Notes: generated by a model from the letters alone, not told the origin. Numbered from the stretch's first letter, positions 20,939-31,510 are shown. The stretch is DNA of 64,000 nucleotides from Desulfobacterales bacterium (GCA_963674755.2 CAXXVS010000002.1:1344001-1408000); one strand, 5' to 3'. Program-made: numbers and translations.

Positions 20939-21577
20939 TTATTCGAATTGCGCCTTGAAGGCCTGAAAAGCGGCCTTAAGCGCTGCCGTTTCCCCTTGCA
21001 GCGCTGACAGCTCGGCTTCGAGGATGGCAATCCGCTCCCCAAGCGGGGCTTGACCTTCCGGGAGGCTTTCCTCCGTTGCGGATGGCGGCGGCGACCCGTC
21101 CCCCAGCAGATGGGTAAAGCGTGCTTCCTTGTGGCCGGGAAGCCGTCCCATGCGTTCGGCAAGTCCCCAATCAGCAAGCTTTTCCAGGGTTTCAGCGACC
21201 GCCTCCAAATGTTCAAAAGCGTACAGGCGCCCACTGCGGGAGCGAATTTCACCGGCGGTCTGGGGCCCCCTGAGCATCAATACGCACAGGGCCGCAATCT
21301 CACGCGGGACCAGATTGTGTTCCCGCGACAAGTATTCTTCATATTTGGGCACACGTCCGACCCGGCTCTGATTGACAAGCCCTTTTTCTTCCAGGCCGTC
21401 CAGGGTCGCCTGCACTTCCGATTCACTGTAGGCCGCCACCGGGTCTCGATTGGATTTCTGATTGCAGGCGTTTGTAAGGGCATTGACAGAAAGGGGGTAG
21501 TATTCCGGCGTGGCCAGGGCTTTTTCCATGAGGCTTCCCAGAATCCGTATTTCAATCGTGTTCAGTGGCGCTGCCAT
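20939..21577 (-). CDS. yceH: YceH/DUF480 family protein
   Basis: EKALATPEYYPLSVNAL..ACNQKSNRDP, LMLRGPQTAGE. Confidence 0.9.
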   Translation of the reverse strand: MAAPLNTIEIRILGSLMEKALATPEYYPLSVNALTNACNQKSNRDPVAAYSESEVQATLDGLEEKGLVNQSRVGRVPKYEEYLSREHNLVPREIAALCVLMLRGPQTAGEIRSRSGRLYAFEHLEAVAETLEKLADWGLAERMGRLPGHKEARFTHLLGDGSPPPSATEESLPEGQAPLGERIAILEAELSALQGETAALKAAFQAFKAQFE

Positions 21578-21819
21578 AGCAGAAACCTCCTCCCGATGTC
21601 TGGGGATGGCATGACGTCCCCCCGCCATTGGAACGTATCTCGAAAAATCGAAGCGCCCCTGACCGCGTTTCCAGCGATACGGGATACCGCATCTGGTTTT
21701 TATGAATAAGGGGCATAGCGCGCCGGCTCAAAATGCTCACATCTGTCGTGTACGCTCCGCTTTGTCACCGCCTCGCGCCTTGTCAGAAACCCTAATCTTA
21801 ATTTTGAGATGCGTTCCAA

Positions 21820-24120
21820 TCAGGCCTGGACGACGCGATTGCGTCCGGACCTTTTGGCCGTATAGAGCGCCTGGTCGGCGCGACGGATCATGGCTTCGAG
21901 TGTTAAATCATTCTCGTTAAGACCGGCCAGACCGATACTAACGGTAAAGCGGATAGACGGTGCGCCGTCTTCCCCCTCAAGAGCGCTGTTGCTCACGCGC
22001 TCTCTCAGACGCTCCGCCACCCGGGCGGCATTGGCGGCATCGGTTTCCGGCAACACGGCGGAAAATTCTTCGCCGCCTGTCCGTCCGAAAATATCCGTGA
22101 CACGAAATACGCTCTGGCAGGTCTGCACAAACGTCCTCAGCACGGCGTCTCCCACAGGATGGCCATGGGTATCGTTGATCTTCTTGAAATGATCCATGTC
22201 CATCAAGAGCACCGCAAGGGAGTGGCCATAGCGCCGGTGCCGCAGAAATTCCTGCCGCGCCTTCTGGAAAAAGCGGCGGCGGTTAAACGCGCCGGTCAGG
22301 GGATCGGTGGTGGCCAGCCGGCGCAGCTCCGCCTCCATATGCCGCCGCCCGGTGATGTCGTTGCCGACGCTCAAGATTTCGGCGATGCGCCCCTCGTCGT
22401 CCGTAATGGCGCGATTGGTCCAGTAGATCCAGACCCGGCGTCCGTCCCGGGTGATATTTTCGTTTTCGTTGTTGCGAAAGCGGTCAGGGTCGTTGCGGAT
22501 CGCCTCCATCAGGTGGCCAAGGTCACGCTTGGATATGCTCTCGCTTTCCGGAACAATGGTCCCCACGACGTTTTTCCCGATCAGCGCTTCGGCTTCGTAC
22601 CCAAAAAACTTCAAGCCGTAGGGATTCATGAAGACAATGCGCCCCTTGGCGTCCCACCGCAAAATAATGCTGTTGACGCTATTCACGAGATTCCGGTAGT
22701 TTTTTTGGCCGGCCCGCAGGGCCGCCTCCATGTCGCGGCGTTCGGAAATTTCAGTTTGCAGGCGACGGTTGGTCGCAATCAATTCCGATGTCCGCTCCTG
22801 GACCCGCGCCTCCAATTCGTCACGTGCTTTCCGAAGGGCCTCTTCGGTCCTGATTTTTTCGCGCAGCAAATCGTCCACCTCGGATTTGATGACGCTGATG
22901 GCATCATAGACCGGGCCCAGCGGGCTCTCTGTATGAATGCCTTCCGACAGGGCCAATCCGTCGCGCTCCCAGTCGATGCGGCCGATGAATTCCATCAGAT
23001 GCTCGACGCCACCTCCCGCATCCCCTGTTTTGCGATCTTTCACAAGGGGCTGACCATCGCTTCGGCCGTTTGCGGATGCGGTTTTCTTTTTGCGGGCCAC
23101 AAGGCTCAGCGCGTCATCAAAATCCTTGGACACATAGGTTTTGAAGGGCAGCGTGAATTTCGAAAAGCTGGCCACGGCGGCCATGAACTGATTGAGTCCG
23201 TAAATAATATAGGCCTCAAAGGGCACCTTCCCGTGCCAGGCTGAAATCGCGTCTATATAGCATTTGCGCGCCCGCCGCTCCACGCCCTGCAAGTTACGTG
23301 CGCCGACAATGAGATAAAGGGGGCCATGCACCGCGGCCAAAGCGTTATAGATACGATCCCGCAGGGCGATCAGATCGGGCAAATGCTGGTCACGCAGAAC
23401 GCCCCGGGAAACCGAGTGCAGGATGTGCCCGTCCACCACCTCCAATCGCGTCCCATAGCCGCCCCTCTCAAAGCCCCAATCTTCACGACGGAGGATGATG
23501 TGCGGGGAACCGTCACGGGCCTTGAATTGGCTGATGAAGGTTCCTTCGGGCCACAGCGCGGATGACGAAAGACCGGTGGCTTTGTGCAGAAGATCGCAGG
23601 CCATGAAAACGGCATCCGTGTAATGACTGGCGATATGGACATCGATCTGGATGATGTTGAGCCGCTTGCCCAGTTTGGTGCTCATGCGCAGCATGGGGGA
23701 GAGGCCGTAGAAAATGACGCCGGCCATCCGGTCGCGCGCGAGCATGCGGCGGATGAAGCAGCGCCGTCCCTCCAAAGTCGTGCCTTCAAGATAGGTGTAG
23801 TCCAGGATATGGATATAGGGGCGATCACCGATTTCCTTCTCGATGAGCGCCTCGGTGAAATCGAAGGCTTTGCGCACCCCTGAGAGGGTGGCCCGTCCCT
23901 GGTTGTGGGTCAGCAGAATCGATCCGCCGATGATTTCCGCGGAGATCCGAAAGCCCGGTTCGAAGGTCACCTGCTGCCACTCCGCCCGCCGCCGCACCGG
24001 CAATCCGGTTATCGGGCAAATGAGTTGGAAAGCATCATCCGCCGCAGAACCCGGTCCGATGCCACCCGAGGCTTTATGGTGCGTTTGAACAGATGCCATT
24101 CCTTTGGCAACATGGTTCAT
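21820..24120 (-). CDS. PAS-GGDEF diguanylate cyclase with a large N-terminal sensor region
   Basis: TDPLTG, DMDHFKKINDTHGH, RVTD I-site, GGEEF; one PAS/PAC; start uncertain. Confidence 0.92.
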   Translation of the reverse strand: MNHVAKGMASVQTHHKASGGIGPGSAADDAFQLICPITGLPVRRRAEWQQVTFEPGFRISAEIIGGSILLTHNQGRATLSGVRKAFDFTEALIEKEIGDRPYIHILDYTYLEGTTLEGRRCFIRRMLARDRMAGVIFYGLSPMLRMSTKLGKRLNIIQIDVHIASHYTDAVFMACDLLHKATGLSSSALWPEGTFISQFKARDGSPHIILRREDWGFERGGYGTRLEVVDGHILHSVSRGVLRDQHLPDLIALRDRIYNALAAVHGPLYLIVGARNLQGVERRARKCYIDAISAWHGKVPFEAYIIYGLNQFMAAVASFSKFTLPFKTYVSKDFDDALSLVARKKKTASANGRSDGQPLVKDRKTGDAGGGVEHLMEFIGRIDWERDGLALSEGIHTESPLGPVYDAISVIKSEVDDLLREKIRTEEALRKARDELEARVQERTSELIATNRRLQTEISERRDMEAALRAGQKNYRNLVNSVNSIILRWDAKGRIVFMNPYGLKFFGYEAEALIGKNVVGTIVPESESISKRDLGHLMEAIRNDPDRFRNNENENITRDGRRVWIYWTNRAITDDEGRIAEILSVGNDITGRRHMEAELRRLATTDPLTGAFNRRRFFQKARQEFLRHRRYGHSLAVLLMDMDHFKKINDTHGHPVGDAVLRTFVQTCQSVFRVTDIFGRTGGEEFSAVLPETDAANAARVAERLRERVSNSALEGEDGAPSIRFTVSIGLAGLNENDLTLEAMIRRADQALYTAKRSGRNRVVQA

Positions 24121-24384
24121 TCCAATATCGCTTTCAATTTTCGAATGTCGGTTGGTAACGGCGTCTCTGCAAACGGCCCCCCGCCGGGGGGTATCAAAAC
24201 CGGCAATTTCCAATCTTACCAACTACATCCTACCATAATTCAGGGCATGGCTCCAGCACTGGAAACGCGCTTTGGCAAAATTGGAGAGCGGCTTAAAGCC
24301 CGATTGAAGGCTTGACCCGTCTAAAGGTTCACAGTCTATGAACGGTGTATCACCGCTGACCCCACCCAACCAAAGGAGAATGCC

Positions 24385-24876
24385 ATGCCCTCTTTGCAAG
24401 CCAAACGCAACGTGCAAACCGGTATTATGCATCTAAACGCTGCCCCGCGCGATGTCTTCCCGCTGCTGTGTCCGCAACGCGAATACGACTGGATCGCGCC
24501 CTGGCAGTGCCGGATGATTTTTTCGGAAACCGGATTTGCCGAGGACAACGCGGTATTTTACACGGATTTTCGCCCCGATCGGGGGCCGGAATGGTGGGTC
24601 GTCAGCCGCTACGAACCCGTCCGTGCCATCGCTTTTGTCCGGTTTTCCCCCGGCATCCGTATCACCCGCCTGGACATTCAGCTGGCGGCCGACGGGCCGG
24701 GCCGCACCATCGCCACCTGGACCCAGACCATGACCGCCCTGAGCCCGGAGGGCAACGCCTATCTTGATCGTTATGGTAATTCGGCCTATACCCATGAAAC
24801 CGAAACGCTCGAACGCCTGCTCAACCACTACCTGGAAACCGGCCGCCCCTTGACCTTGTCCGAACCGGCACCGTAA
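24385..24876 (+). CDS. SRPBCC-like hypothetical protein
   Basis: AAPRDVFPLLCP..EYDW; AAGGAG RBS. Confidence 0.7.
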   Translation: MPSLQAKRNVQTGIMHLNAAPRDVFPLLCPQREYDWIAPWQCRMIFSETGFAEDNAVFYTDFRPDRGPEWWVVSRYEPVRAIAFVRFSPGIRITRLDIQLAADGPGRTIATWTQTMTALSPEGNAYLDRYGNSAYTHETETLERLLNHYLETGRPLTLSEPAP

Positions 24877-24951
24877 GGTATTGTGCCACCGGACGAACGC
24901 GTTCACCCGCCGCTGGACCGGATTCCATTCGATTCTGAGGCATTGAGGACC

Positions 24952-25482
24952 ATGACGACGATCAGCCGACTGGCAAGGCGATTCAAGCTCTCCCGCAGCG
25001 CCCTGCTCTACTATGACCGCATCGGTCTGCTGCGGCCCTCGAGCCGCAGCCCGTCCAACTATCGACTCTACACCGAGGCCGACCGTCAGCGGCTGGAAGC
25101 CATCTGCCGCTACCGGCAGATCGGCCTTTCCCTGAAGACCATCGGGCGCATTCTGAACGCCTCCCGGGAAGGCGCCGGGACGGCCCTCAGGCAGCGCCTG
25201 CGAGACATCGAAGACCAAATCGAGGCCCTACGCCGCCAGCAGGAGGGGATACGCCGCCTTCTGGGTCAGGCCTCCCCCGATGACATGGCGCAGGGCCTGA
25301 CCCGCGAAAAGTGGACCGCCCTTCTGCGAGCCTCCGGCATGACAGACGCCGATATGCTTCAATGGCATGTGGGATTTGAACGCCTGTTCCCTAACGACCA
25401 TCAACTATTTTTGGAATCGTTGGGGATCCCGCCGGATGACATCGACGCTATTCGAACTTTTTCGCAAACGCGAAAAAGTTAA
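24952..25482 (+). CDS. MerR family transcriptional regulator
   Basis: TISRLA..LLYYDRIGLLRP..NYRLY HTH. Confidence 0.9.
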   Translation: MTTISRLARRFKLSRSALLYYDRIGLLRPSSRSPSNYRLYTEADRQRLEAICRYRQIGLSLKTIGRILNASREGAGTALRQRLRDIEDQIEALRRQQEGIRRLLGQASPDDMAQGLTREKWTALLRASGMTDADMLQWHVGFERLFPNDHQLFLESLGIPPDDIDAIRTFSQTRKS

Positions 25483-25541
25483 TCCAAAATCACATATATA
25501 TTATGTCAACATATTGTATTTTTTAGGCTTAATATGTAATT

Positions 25542-26033
25542 TTAAACTGACAGCCGGGCGGCCAGACGGGCCACCCGTGCCCCAAGGTGGCGGGCATTTT
25601 CCCGGGTCGCGTCATCAGGCGCTCCTACGCAGGCCGTGCCATAATGCCCGGTGGCGGATAGCGGGTCGCCCACGATGATCATGCCGTAGATCAACAGGGC
25701 CTGAATGATGGAGAATATCGTGGTTTCCTTCCCCCCGGTGGCATCCCCCGCCGTCGCAAAGGCGGCACCCACCTTGTTTTCCATTTTTTTGCGAATCCCC
25801 ACGAAATCGTCGAACACACATTTGAGCTGGGCCGCCATGGTGCCGAAATAAACCGGCGACCCGGCGATGATGCCGGCCGCCTCGACAAAGTCCTCCTTGG
25901 CAACCTCATCCGTCTTCTTCAGGATGGGCGTCGCGCCCTCCACGCGCGCCACGCCTTCGGCGATCGCCTCCGCCAGGCGACGGGTATTACCCCCCTTGGA
26001 ATAGTACAGAACCAGAATCTTCATGTGGTGCAT
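25542..26033 (-). CDS. WrbA-like flavodoxin family protein
   Basis: YYSKGGNT, GSPVYFG, GGKETT. Confidence 0.88.
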   Translation of the reverse strand: MHHMKILVLYYSKGGNTRRLAEAIAEGVARVEGATPILKKTDEVAKEDFVEAAGIIAGSPVYFGTMAAQLKCVFDDFVGIRKKMENKVGAAFATAGDATGGKETTIFSIIQALLIYGMIIVGDPLSATGHYGTACVGAPDDATRENARHLGARVARLAARLSV

Positions 26034-26150
26034 CTCCTTTGGTATTGATCAAAGCTCCCCTTCGTATGCCGCGGTTTTAGAAGCAAGCCTCCCCCCTGTC
26101 AACCTGAACCGGTTCTTTTGCGCACCACAGGCGCCATGGGTCAGGTGGAC

Positions 26151-26177
26151 TAATGCTAGCGCAAAAAGGGGCGATAA
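26151..26177 (+). promoter_or_regulatory. Sigma28 (FliA)-like promoter
   Basis: TAAT-N15-GGCGATAA, about 40 bp upstream of ATG 26217. Confidence 0.5.
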
Positions 26178-26216
26178 AAGGTTTCAGGAAGAATTCCTAT
26201 TTAAGCGGAGGTCAGA

Positions 26217-27053
26217 ATGACACCATCCATTACATCAGCCAACACGCTTGGACAGCCCCCTTTCATCCCAACTAATATAGCCGGCCAGGAAGTCCGGGTA
26301 TCGGAAAGCATCCGTCTGGCCGCCGTGGCGGAACGCAGCCAGGATATCACCCTCACGACCAAAGAAGGGGATACCGTGACCCTGTCCCTGGGCCAAAGCA
26401 CCGTGGCGGTCTATGGCCGGGACGGCCGTTGGTCGCAAATGCGGCAATCGGCCGAGAATTCCACTGGAGACCGGATAGACGTTGAAAGTCTGGCCGTGGA
26501 AACCCGTGAATGGTTCGGTATGGAATCCAGCCGGGAGTTCACTTTGTCTGTCGATGGCGATTTGAACGCAGCGGAAAAACGGGACATTCGCAAAGCATTG
26601 CAGCAGATCCACCACCTAATGGGGCGCGCCTTCAATGCCGATTCAGCCGCCGCCACGATTTCCGGTCTGGACACCCTGGACGGTATCGCGGTGGACATCC
26701 AACAGTCCCGGACCATCCTGGCAGCCCGCACCACCAGCGTCGCAGCTCTCACCTATGGCGCGGACGGTGAAGCAACGCCGGCTGCGGATAACACCTCGAC
26801 ATCGGAGCGGCCGATCTGGCAGACCGCTGCGGATGAAGCTGTCAGCCTGGTGAAAGGTACCGGAATCGCACCGTCGCATTTTGCCCATCCCCTGCGGCAG
26901 CTTTTCCGTCATTGGGCCGGACAGATGCGCCGGCACCACCGGACCTTCGAACCCATGGTGCGAATGGTGGCGGATTCCGTTTTCGCGCAACTCGGGATTG
27001 TTGCGCCAGCCGAATCATCGCCCCGGTTGAAGGCATCGGCATCCCATTATTAA
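26217..27053 (+). CDS. Hypothetical protein (DUF5610-like)
   Basis: LTTKEGDTVTL and FTLSVDGDLN..E motifs; GGAGG RBS. Confidence 0.65.
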   Translation: MTPSITSANTLGQPPFIPTNIAGQEVRVSESIRLAAVAERSQDITLTTKEGDTVTLSLGQSTVAVYGRDGRWSQMRQSAENSTGDRIDVESLAVETREWFGMESSREFTLSVDGDLNAAEKRDIRKALQQIHHLMGRAFNADSAAATISGLDTLDGIAVDIQQSRTILAARTTSVAALTYGADGEATPAADNTSTSERPIWQTAADEAVSLVKGTGIAPSHFAHPLRQLFRHWAGQMRRHHRTFEPMVRMVADSVFAQLGIVAPAESSPRLKASASHY

Positions 27054-27072
27054 GGTTCGCAGGCGATGGGTA

Positions 27073-27921
27073 TCAATCCTGTGAGGACTGGTGAATGTCG
27101 ATGATCTTGGCATGGCGGCCGTAGTCCACGGTTTTGTAGCGGGTGATTTTCTGCAGCTTGCCGGTGATGTCGGCGATGCGCTCTACCTGCTCGAGGATTT
27201 GTTCGGCCAGTTCGTAGTGCTTGTCTTCCCGGTTGAGGTCCACCAGCATCAGTTCGGCATAGCCCGAAATCACCTGGAGAGGCTGATTGAGTTCATGGCA
27301 AACCGCACCGGCGGTTTCCAGGACGCCGATAAATTTCTCTTTCTGGGCCCGTTCCCGGGCGGCGCGATTCTTTTCCGTCAGGTCCAGCATCACGCCGACG
27401 CTGCCTGATTTTTCGGGCCCCTCACCGGCCACCGGAGCGGTATTGAAAAGAAAGTCCCGACGACGCCCGTCGGCACACGGGATTTCCGCTTCGAAAGCGT
27501 TTTTCGAGACGCGGTTGCGCTTCAGGCAGGTCACCAGCTCGTCCGGAAGGCTCCCCGCCAGCTCCTCAGCCCGGCTGCCGATAATGCGATCCCGCGTCAA
27601 GCCGACGATATCCCGCGCAAAGGCCTGGTTGCAGCCCCGGAAAACACCGTCCACGTCCTTGAAGAAAATAGGATTGGGAATCGTGTTGATGAGGGCGTCC
27701 ATCAGGTGGAGATAGCTGCGCAGTTTCTCTTCGGTACGCTCGCGAAGATCGGCCTCCCCCTGATGATGGTGTTCAAGATCCTGGTAATATTGATGTTTAG
27801 ATTGGGCGGTACGGCTCAATCGCAACAAACGCGCCCGCAGGCGTCCGTTATCCCGATAAAGCCAGCCAGCCGCCGCCAACGCCAGTATCAGCCCCACTAT
27901 GAACAAAATCTGAATCGACAT
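27073..27921 (-). CDS. TM-PAS-HisKA protein lacking an ATPase domain
   Basis: One TM, PAS (NPIFFKD..CNQAF), H-box HELNQPL; protein ends about 65 aa later. Confidence 0.8.
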   Translation of the reverse strand: MSIQILFIVGLILALAAAGWLYRDNGRLRARLLRLSRTAQSKHQYYQDLEHHHQGEADLRERTEEKLRSYLHLMDALINTIPNPIFFKDVDGVFRGCNQAFARDIVGLTRDRIIGSRAEELAGSLPDELVTCLKRNRVSKNAFEAEIPCADGRRRDFLFNTAPVAGEGPEKSGSVGVMLDLTEKNRAARERAQKEKFIGVLETAGAVCHELNQPLQVISGYAELMLVDLNREDKHYELAEQILEQVERIADITGKLQKITRYKTVDYGRHAKIIDIHQSSQD

Positions 27922-28286
27922 ACCGTCGCACCCTATCCCCATGGGAACGGTCGGTTCCGGCCCGTCCTGCGCCACGCCCCCCCCCTCTGTCCAGCCCATC
28001 ATCGCTATCAGAATGGGAAGGCCTTGTAAACGATATCTCCCTAAACTAAATCCTAAAAATGCTTTGATTCAATCTGCCGGAAACCCCCGGCGTAGATTCC
28101 GATCGCTTGACAGCTAAAGTCAGAGGCCGAACGTACCGGTCTTGAAGGAAGACACGTCGTTGAGATGCAGACAGGCCTCAGGCCGTCGATGGACACAGGG
28201 GACGGCTTTTCCAAAGGCGGGACGACCGACTATCGCTCCCGCCTTTGCCGTTTTACCGATAGAGACCCACGGACCGTGCGCCTCTG

Positions 28287-30797
28287 TCAGCGGGGTCGTA
28301 CACGGGCGGTCGGGGTAGCCTTCAGGGGATCGTCGGGCCAATAATGCTTGGGATAGCGCCCCTTCAAGTCTTTCTTGACTTCCGGGTAGCTGTTTTGCCA
28401 GAAGCCGGCCAGATCCTGGGTGATCTGGGCCGGGCGTCCCGCAGGCGACAACAGGTGGATGACGAGGGGCTGGCGTCCCCCGGCTATGGCCGGAGTCTCC
28501 CGGGTACCGAACATCTCTTGCAGGCGAACCGCCAGCACCGGTGCTTCTCCGCTGTAGTCGATGGGGCGCCGGGATCCGCTGGGAACATCCAGGTGGGTTG
28601 GGGCCAGTTGATCCAGGCGCTGCTGTTGGGACCATGTCAGGTGATTTTTCAGGGCGATCGCCAACCCCGCCGGTTTGAGATCCCGGAGACGTGAAATCCC
28701 TGCCAGAAAAGGCCCCAGCCAGGCCGAAAGGGTTTCGCTCAGCCGGGTATCGGAGACGTCCGGCCAGTCGTCCCGCGCATCCATCACCCTACGGAGGAAC
28801 ATCACTCGCGCCTGCCAACTTCGCAGTGCTTTGTTCCAGGGGAGGCAATCCAGACCCGTCTGACGGATGCCGTTCAAAAAAGCGTCTTCCCGGTCTTCCG
28901 GCGCCACTTCGGCCAGCGGTTCGGTTTTGAGGGCCAGGACACCTATCTTCAAGGACCGCTCTGCCGTCACGGCCTGACGCGCGGCATCCCATTCCACCCG
29001 CTTTTCCCAGTAAAGCTGATGGCCCAGCCGATGATAAAGCTCTTCGATAGGAATGGCGGCGGCAAGGAAAATACGTGCTTCACGCTTCTCACCGTCCAGA
29101 GTTGCCGCCACCAGATAGTCGGACGCCGCCAAGGGCTGCCCGGGATTCATAAAAGCGCCCCGCCCCCCGGACAGGCGAAAACGGCCGGAAGACCCCGGTC
29201 GACGCTGGGCGACGCGATCGGGATAAGCCCAAACAAGGTGATGGCCCGCTTTGTTTTCCTCCCATTGTTGACGCCCCTCACCAACGCGGCGGCCAAGGTC
29301 GTCGGCCACCTGCACGACCCTGCGGCAGGCGCGTCGATCCACATGGCCGAGCGGGATTTGAGGGAACTCCCCCCGGCGGAACCGGCGCAGGGCCGCGAGC
29401 CGCAAATCGAGGTCCACATCGTACCCGCCGGCCTCGAAGCGCAGGATGTCCTTTTCACCCAGCAAGGCCGCCAGTTCGCATGCCTGTACGCCTTCCCCGT
29501 TAGCGTGTGCCATGAGGATCATGTGAGACAAACGCGGGTGCAGGGGCAGCTCGGCCATCCGTCGTCCGTGCGCCGTAATCCGGCCGTCCCTCTCCAGGGC
29601 GCCTAAAAGCGCCAGAAGCGTCTTGGCCTGGGCCAGGGCGGCCGGCGGCGGCGGGTCGATCCAGCGCAGGGCGTCTGCCGTTCGGAGGCCCCACAGGGCC
29701 AGTTCCAGCGCCAGGGGCGCCAAATCGGCTTCCATGATGGCAGGTCGGGCATGGGGTACCAGACCGGCATGCTGCCCACGGGACCATAACCGATAGCAAA
29801 ATCCCGGGGCGGTGCGACCGGCCCGCCCGCGGCGCTGGTCGGCCGCGGCCCGGGTCACGGGCAGCGTCACTAAACGGGTCAGGCCGCTGCCGACATCGAA
29901 ACGGGGAACCCGGCTCAGGCCGCTGTCCACCACGACGCGGATTCCTTCGATGGTCAAACTGGTCTCGGCAATGGAAGTGGCCAGCACGATCTTGCGACGG
30001 CCGGCCGGCGCCGGTCGAATGGCGCGCTTCTGTACCTCAAACGGCAGATTGCCGTATAGGGGGGCAACCTCCCAGCGCGGATCGAGGTGCATCGCATCCA
30101 GGCGTTCGGCCGTCTGACGGATCTCCGGCGCACCGGGCAGAAAAACGAGCACGCTGCCGCGATCTTCCGATATGGCGTGCATAACCGAAGCCGCAACCGC
30201 TGCTGCCAGCGGCTCCTGGGCTTTGCAGTCGCGGTAGTGGGTTTCCACCGGGAAGGACTGACCCGGGCAGGTCAGGATCGGCGCCTGGCCCAACAGCCCC
30301 GCCACCGGAGTGGTTTCGATGGTAGCGGACATGACGAGCAGCCGCAGGGTTTCATTATACCCCTCCTGGATGTCACGGCACAGTGCCAGGCCCAGATCCG
30401 CTGCGAGGCTGCGTTCGTGAAACTCGTCGAAAACGACGAGCCCCGCTCCGGATAACCCGGGATCCGTCTGCAGCATGCGGATGAGCACCCCCTCGGTGAC
30501 CACCTCGATGCGTGTTTCCGACCCCACGCGACTTTCCATACGAATCCGATAACCCACCGTTTGGCCCACCGGCTCGCCCAATAGCTCCGCCATGCGAAAC
30601 GCCGCCGCCCGGGCGGCCAGACGCCGGGGCTCAAGCATGATGATGCGTTTGGCTTGCAACCAGGGTTCATCCAGAAGCGCCAACGGGGCACCGGTGGTCT
30701 TGCCGGCGCCGGGCGGGGCTTGCAAAACCACCCCGCGATGCTGCCGGAGGGATTCACGAAGACGATCGAAAATGGCGGTAATCGGCAAGGACGGCAT
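28287..30797 (-). CDS. hrpB: ATP-dependent RNA helicase HrpB
   Basis: GAGKTT, DEFHER, SAT, QRRGRAGR, C-terminal GRYPKHYWP. Confidence 0.96.
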   Translation of the reverse strand: MPSLPITAIFDRLRESLRQHRGVVLQAPPGAGKTTGAPLALLDEPWLQAKRIIMLEPRRLAARAAAFRMAELLGEPVGQTVGYRIRMESRVGSETRIEVVTEGVLIRMLQTDPGLSGAGLVVFDEFHERSLAADLGLALCRDIQEGYNETLRLLVMSATIETTPVAGLLGQAPILTCPGQSFPVETHYRDCKAQEPLAAAVAASVMHAISEDRGSVLVFLPGAPEIRQTAERLDAMHLDPRWEVAPLYGNLPFEVQKRAIRPAPAGRRKIVLATSIAETSLTIEGIRVVVDSGLSRVPRFDVGSGLTRLVTLPVTRAAADQRRGRAGRTAPGFCYRLWSRGQHAGLVPHARPAIMEADLAPLALELALWGLRTADALRWIDPPPPAALAQAKTLLALLGALERDGRITAHGRRMAELPLHPRLSHMILMAHANGEGVQACELAALLGEKDILRFEAGGYDVDLDLRLAALRRFRRGEFPQIPLGHVDRRACRRVVQVADDLGRRVGEGRQQWEENKAGHHLVWAYPDRVAQRRPGSSGRFRLSGGRGAFMNPGQPLAASDYLVAATLDGEKREARIFLAAAIPIEELYHRLGHQLYWEKRVEWDAARQAVTAERSLKIGVLALKTEPLAEVAPEDREDAFLNGIRQTGLDCLPWNKALRSWQARVMFLRRVMDARDDWPDVSDTRLSETLSAWLGPFLAGISRLRDLKPAGLAIALKNHLTWSQQQRLDQLAPTHLDVPSGSRRPIDYSGEAPVLAVRLQEMFGTRETPAIAGGRQPLVIHLLSPAGRPAQITQDLAGFWQNSYPEVKKDLKGRYPKHYWPDDPLKATPTARVRPR

Positions 30798-30889
30798 GGC
30801 AACCTATCGATCCGCAAGGCGATAATTGCGGGAGAAAATGTTTTTCGGCAACGCTTGTAAGGCCTGTTGCGCTGACCGCCAAATCGCCT

Positions 30890-31510
30890 TTAGGGATTGA
30901 GTTTTTCGAGTTCCAGCGCACACCATTCCAGATCCGGCCGCACATTGATGTCGGACACCTGGACGGCACGCAGGATGCCGGCTTTGTCGATCACGAACAG
31001 GGCGCGTTCGGCAACGCCGTCGGAGCGGAGGACCCCGTAGCGGTCGGCCACCTTGCCATGGGGCCAGAAATCGGAAAGCACGGGGAACCAGAGGTCGCCC
31101 ATCTGTTGGGTCCAGGCGTAAAGGGTGGGGATATTGTCCACGGTAATTCCCAGCAAAATAGCATCGTTTTCCTCAAAAAGGTTCTGAACGATGTTGTAGC
31201 CGGGCCATTGATCGGAGCAAACCGGTGTCCAGGCGGCGGGTACAAAGGAAATCACCACATTTTTCCGGCCACGGAACTGACTCAGGGTGATCGGTTCGCC
31301 GGATACCGACGGCAGCGTAAAATCCGGGAGCGGCTCTCCCACCCGGACTTTGAGCGTACTATCGATCGGTTTCAGATGGCCGGGGTTGTATATGTTGTCC
31401 TTAAAGGCCGCGGGAAATCCCCCCGCAGATGCACCCCAGATGAGACCGAACAGAATGCCGACAAGTATAATGCCACCCCAAGTACGCATGAGGACCGCCT
31501 TTCTTTCCAT
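30890..31510 (-). CDS. Peroxiredoxin (AhpC/TSA family) with N-terminal signal peptide or anchor
   Basis: PAAWTPVC peroxidatic motif, SDFWPHG, ERALFVID. Confidence 0.87.
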   Translation of the reverse strand: MERKAVLMRTWGGIILVGILFGLIWGASAGGFPAAFKDNIYNPGHLKPIDSTLKVRVGEPLPDFTLPSVSGEPITLSQFRGRKNVVISFVPAAWTPVCSDQWPGYNIVQNLFEENDAILLGITVDNIPTLYAWTQQMGDLWFPVLSDFWPHGKVADRYGVLRSDGVAERALFVIDKAGILRAVQVSDINVRPDLEWCALELEKLNP

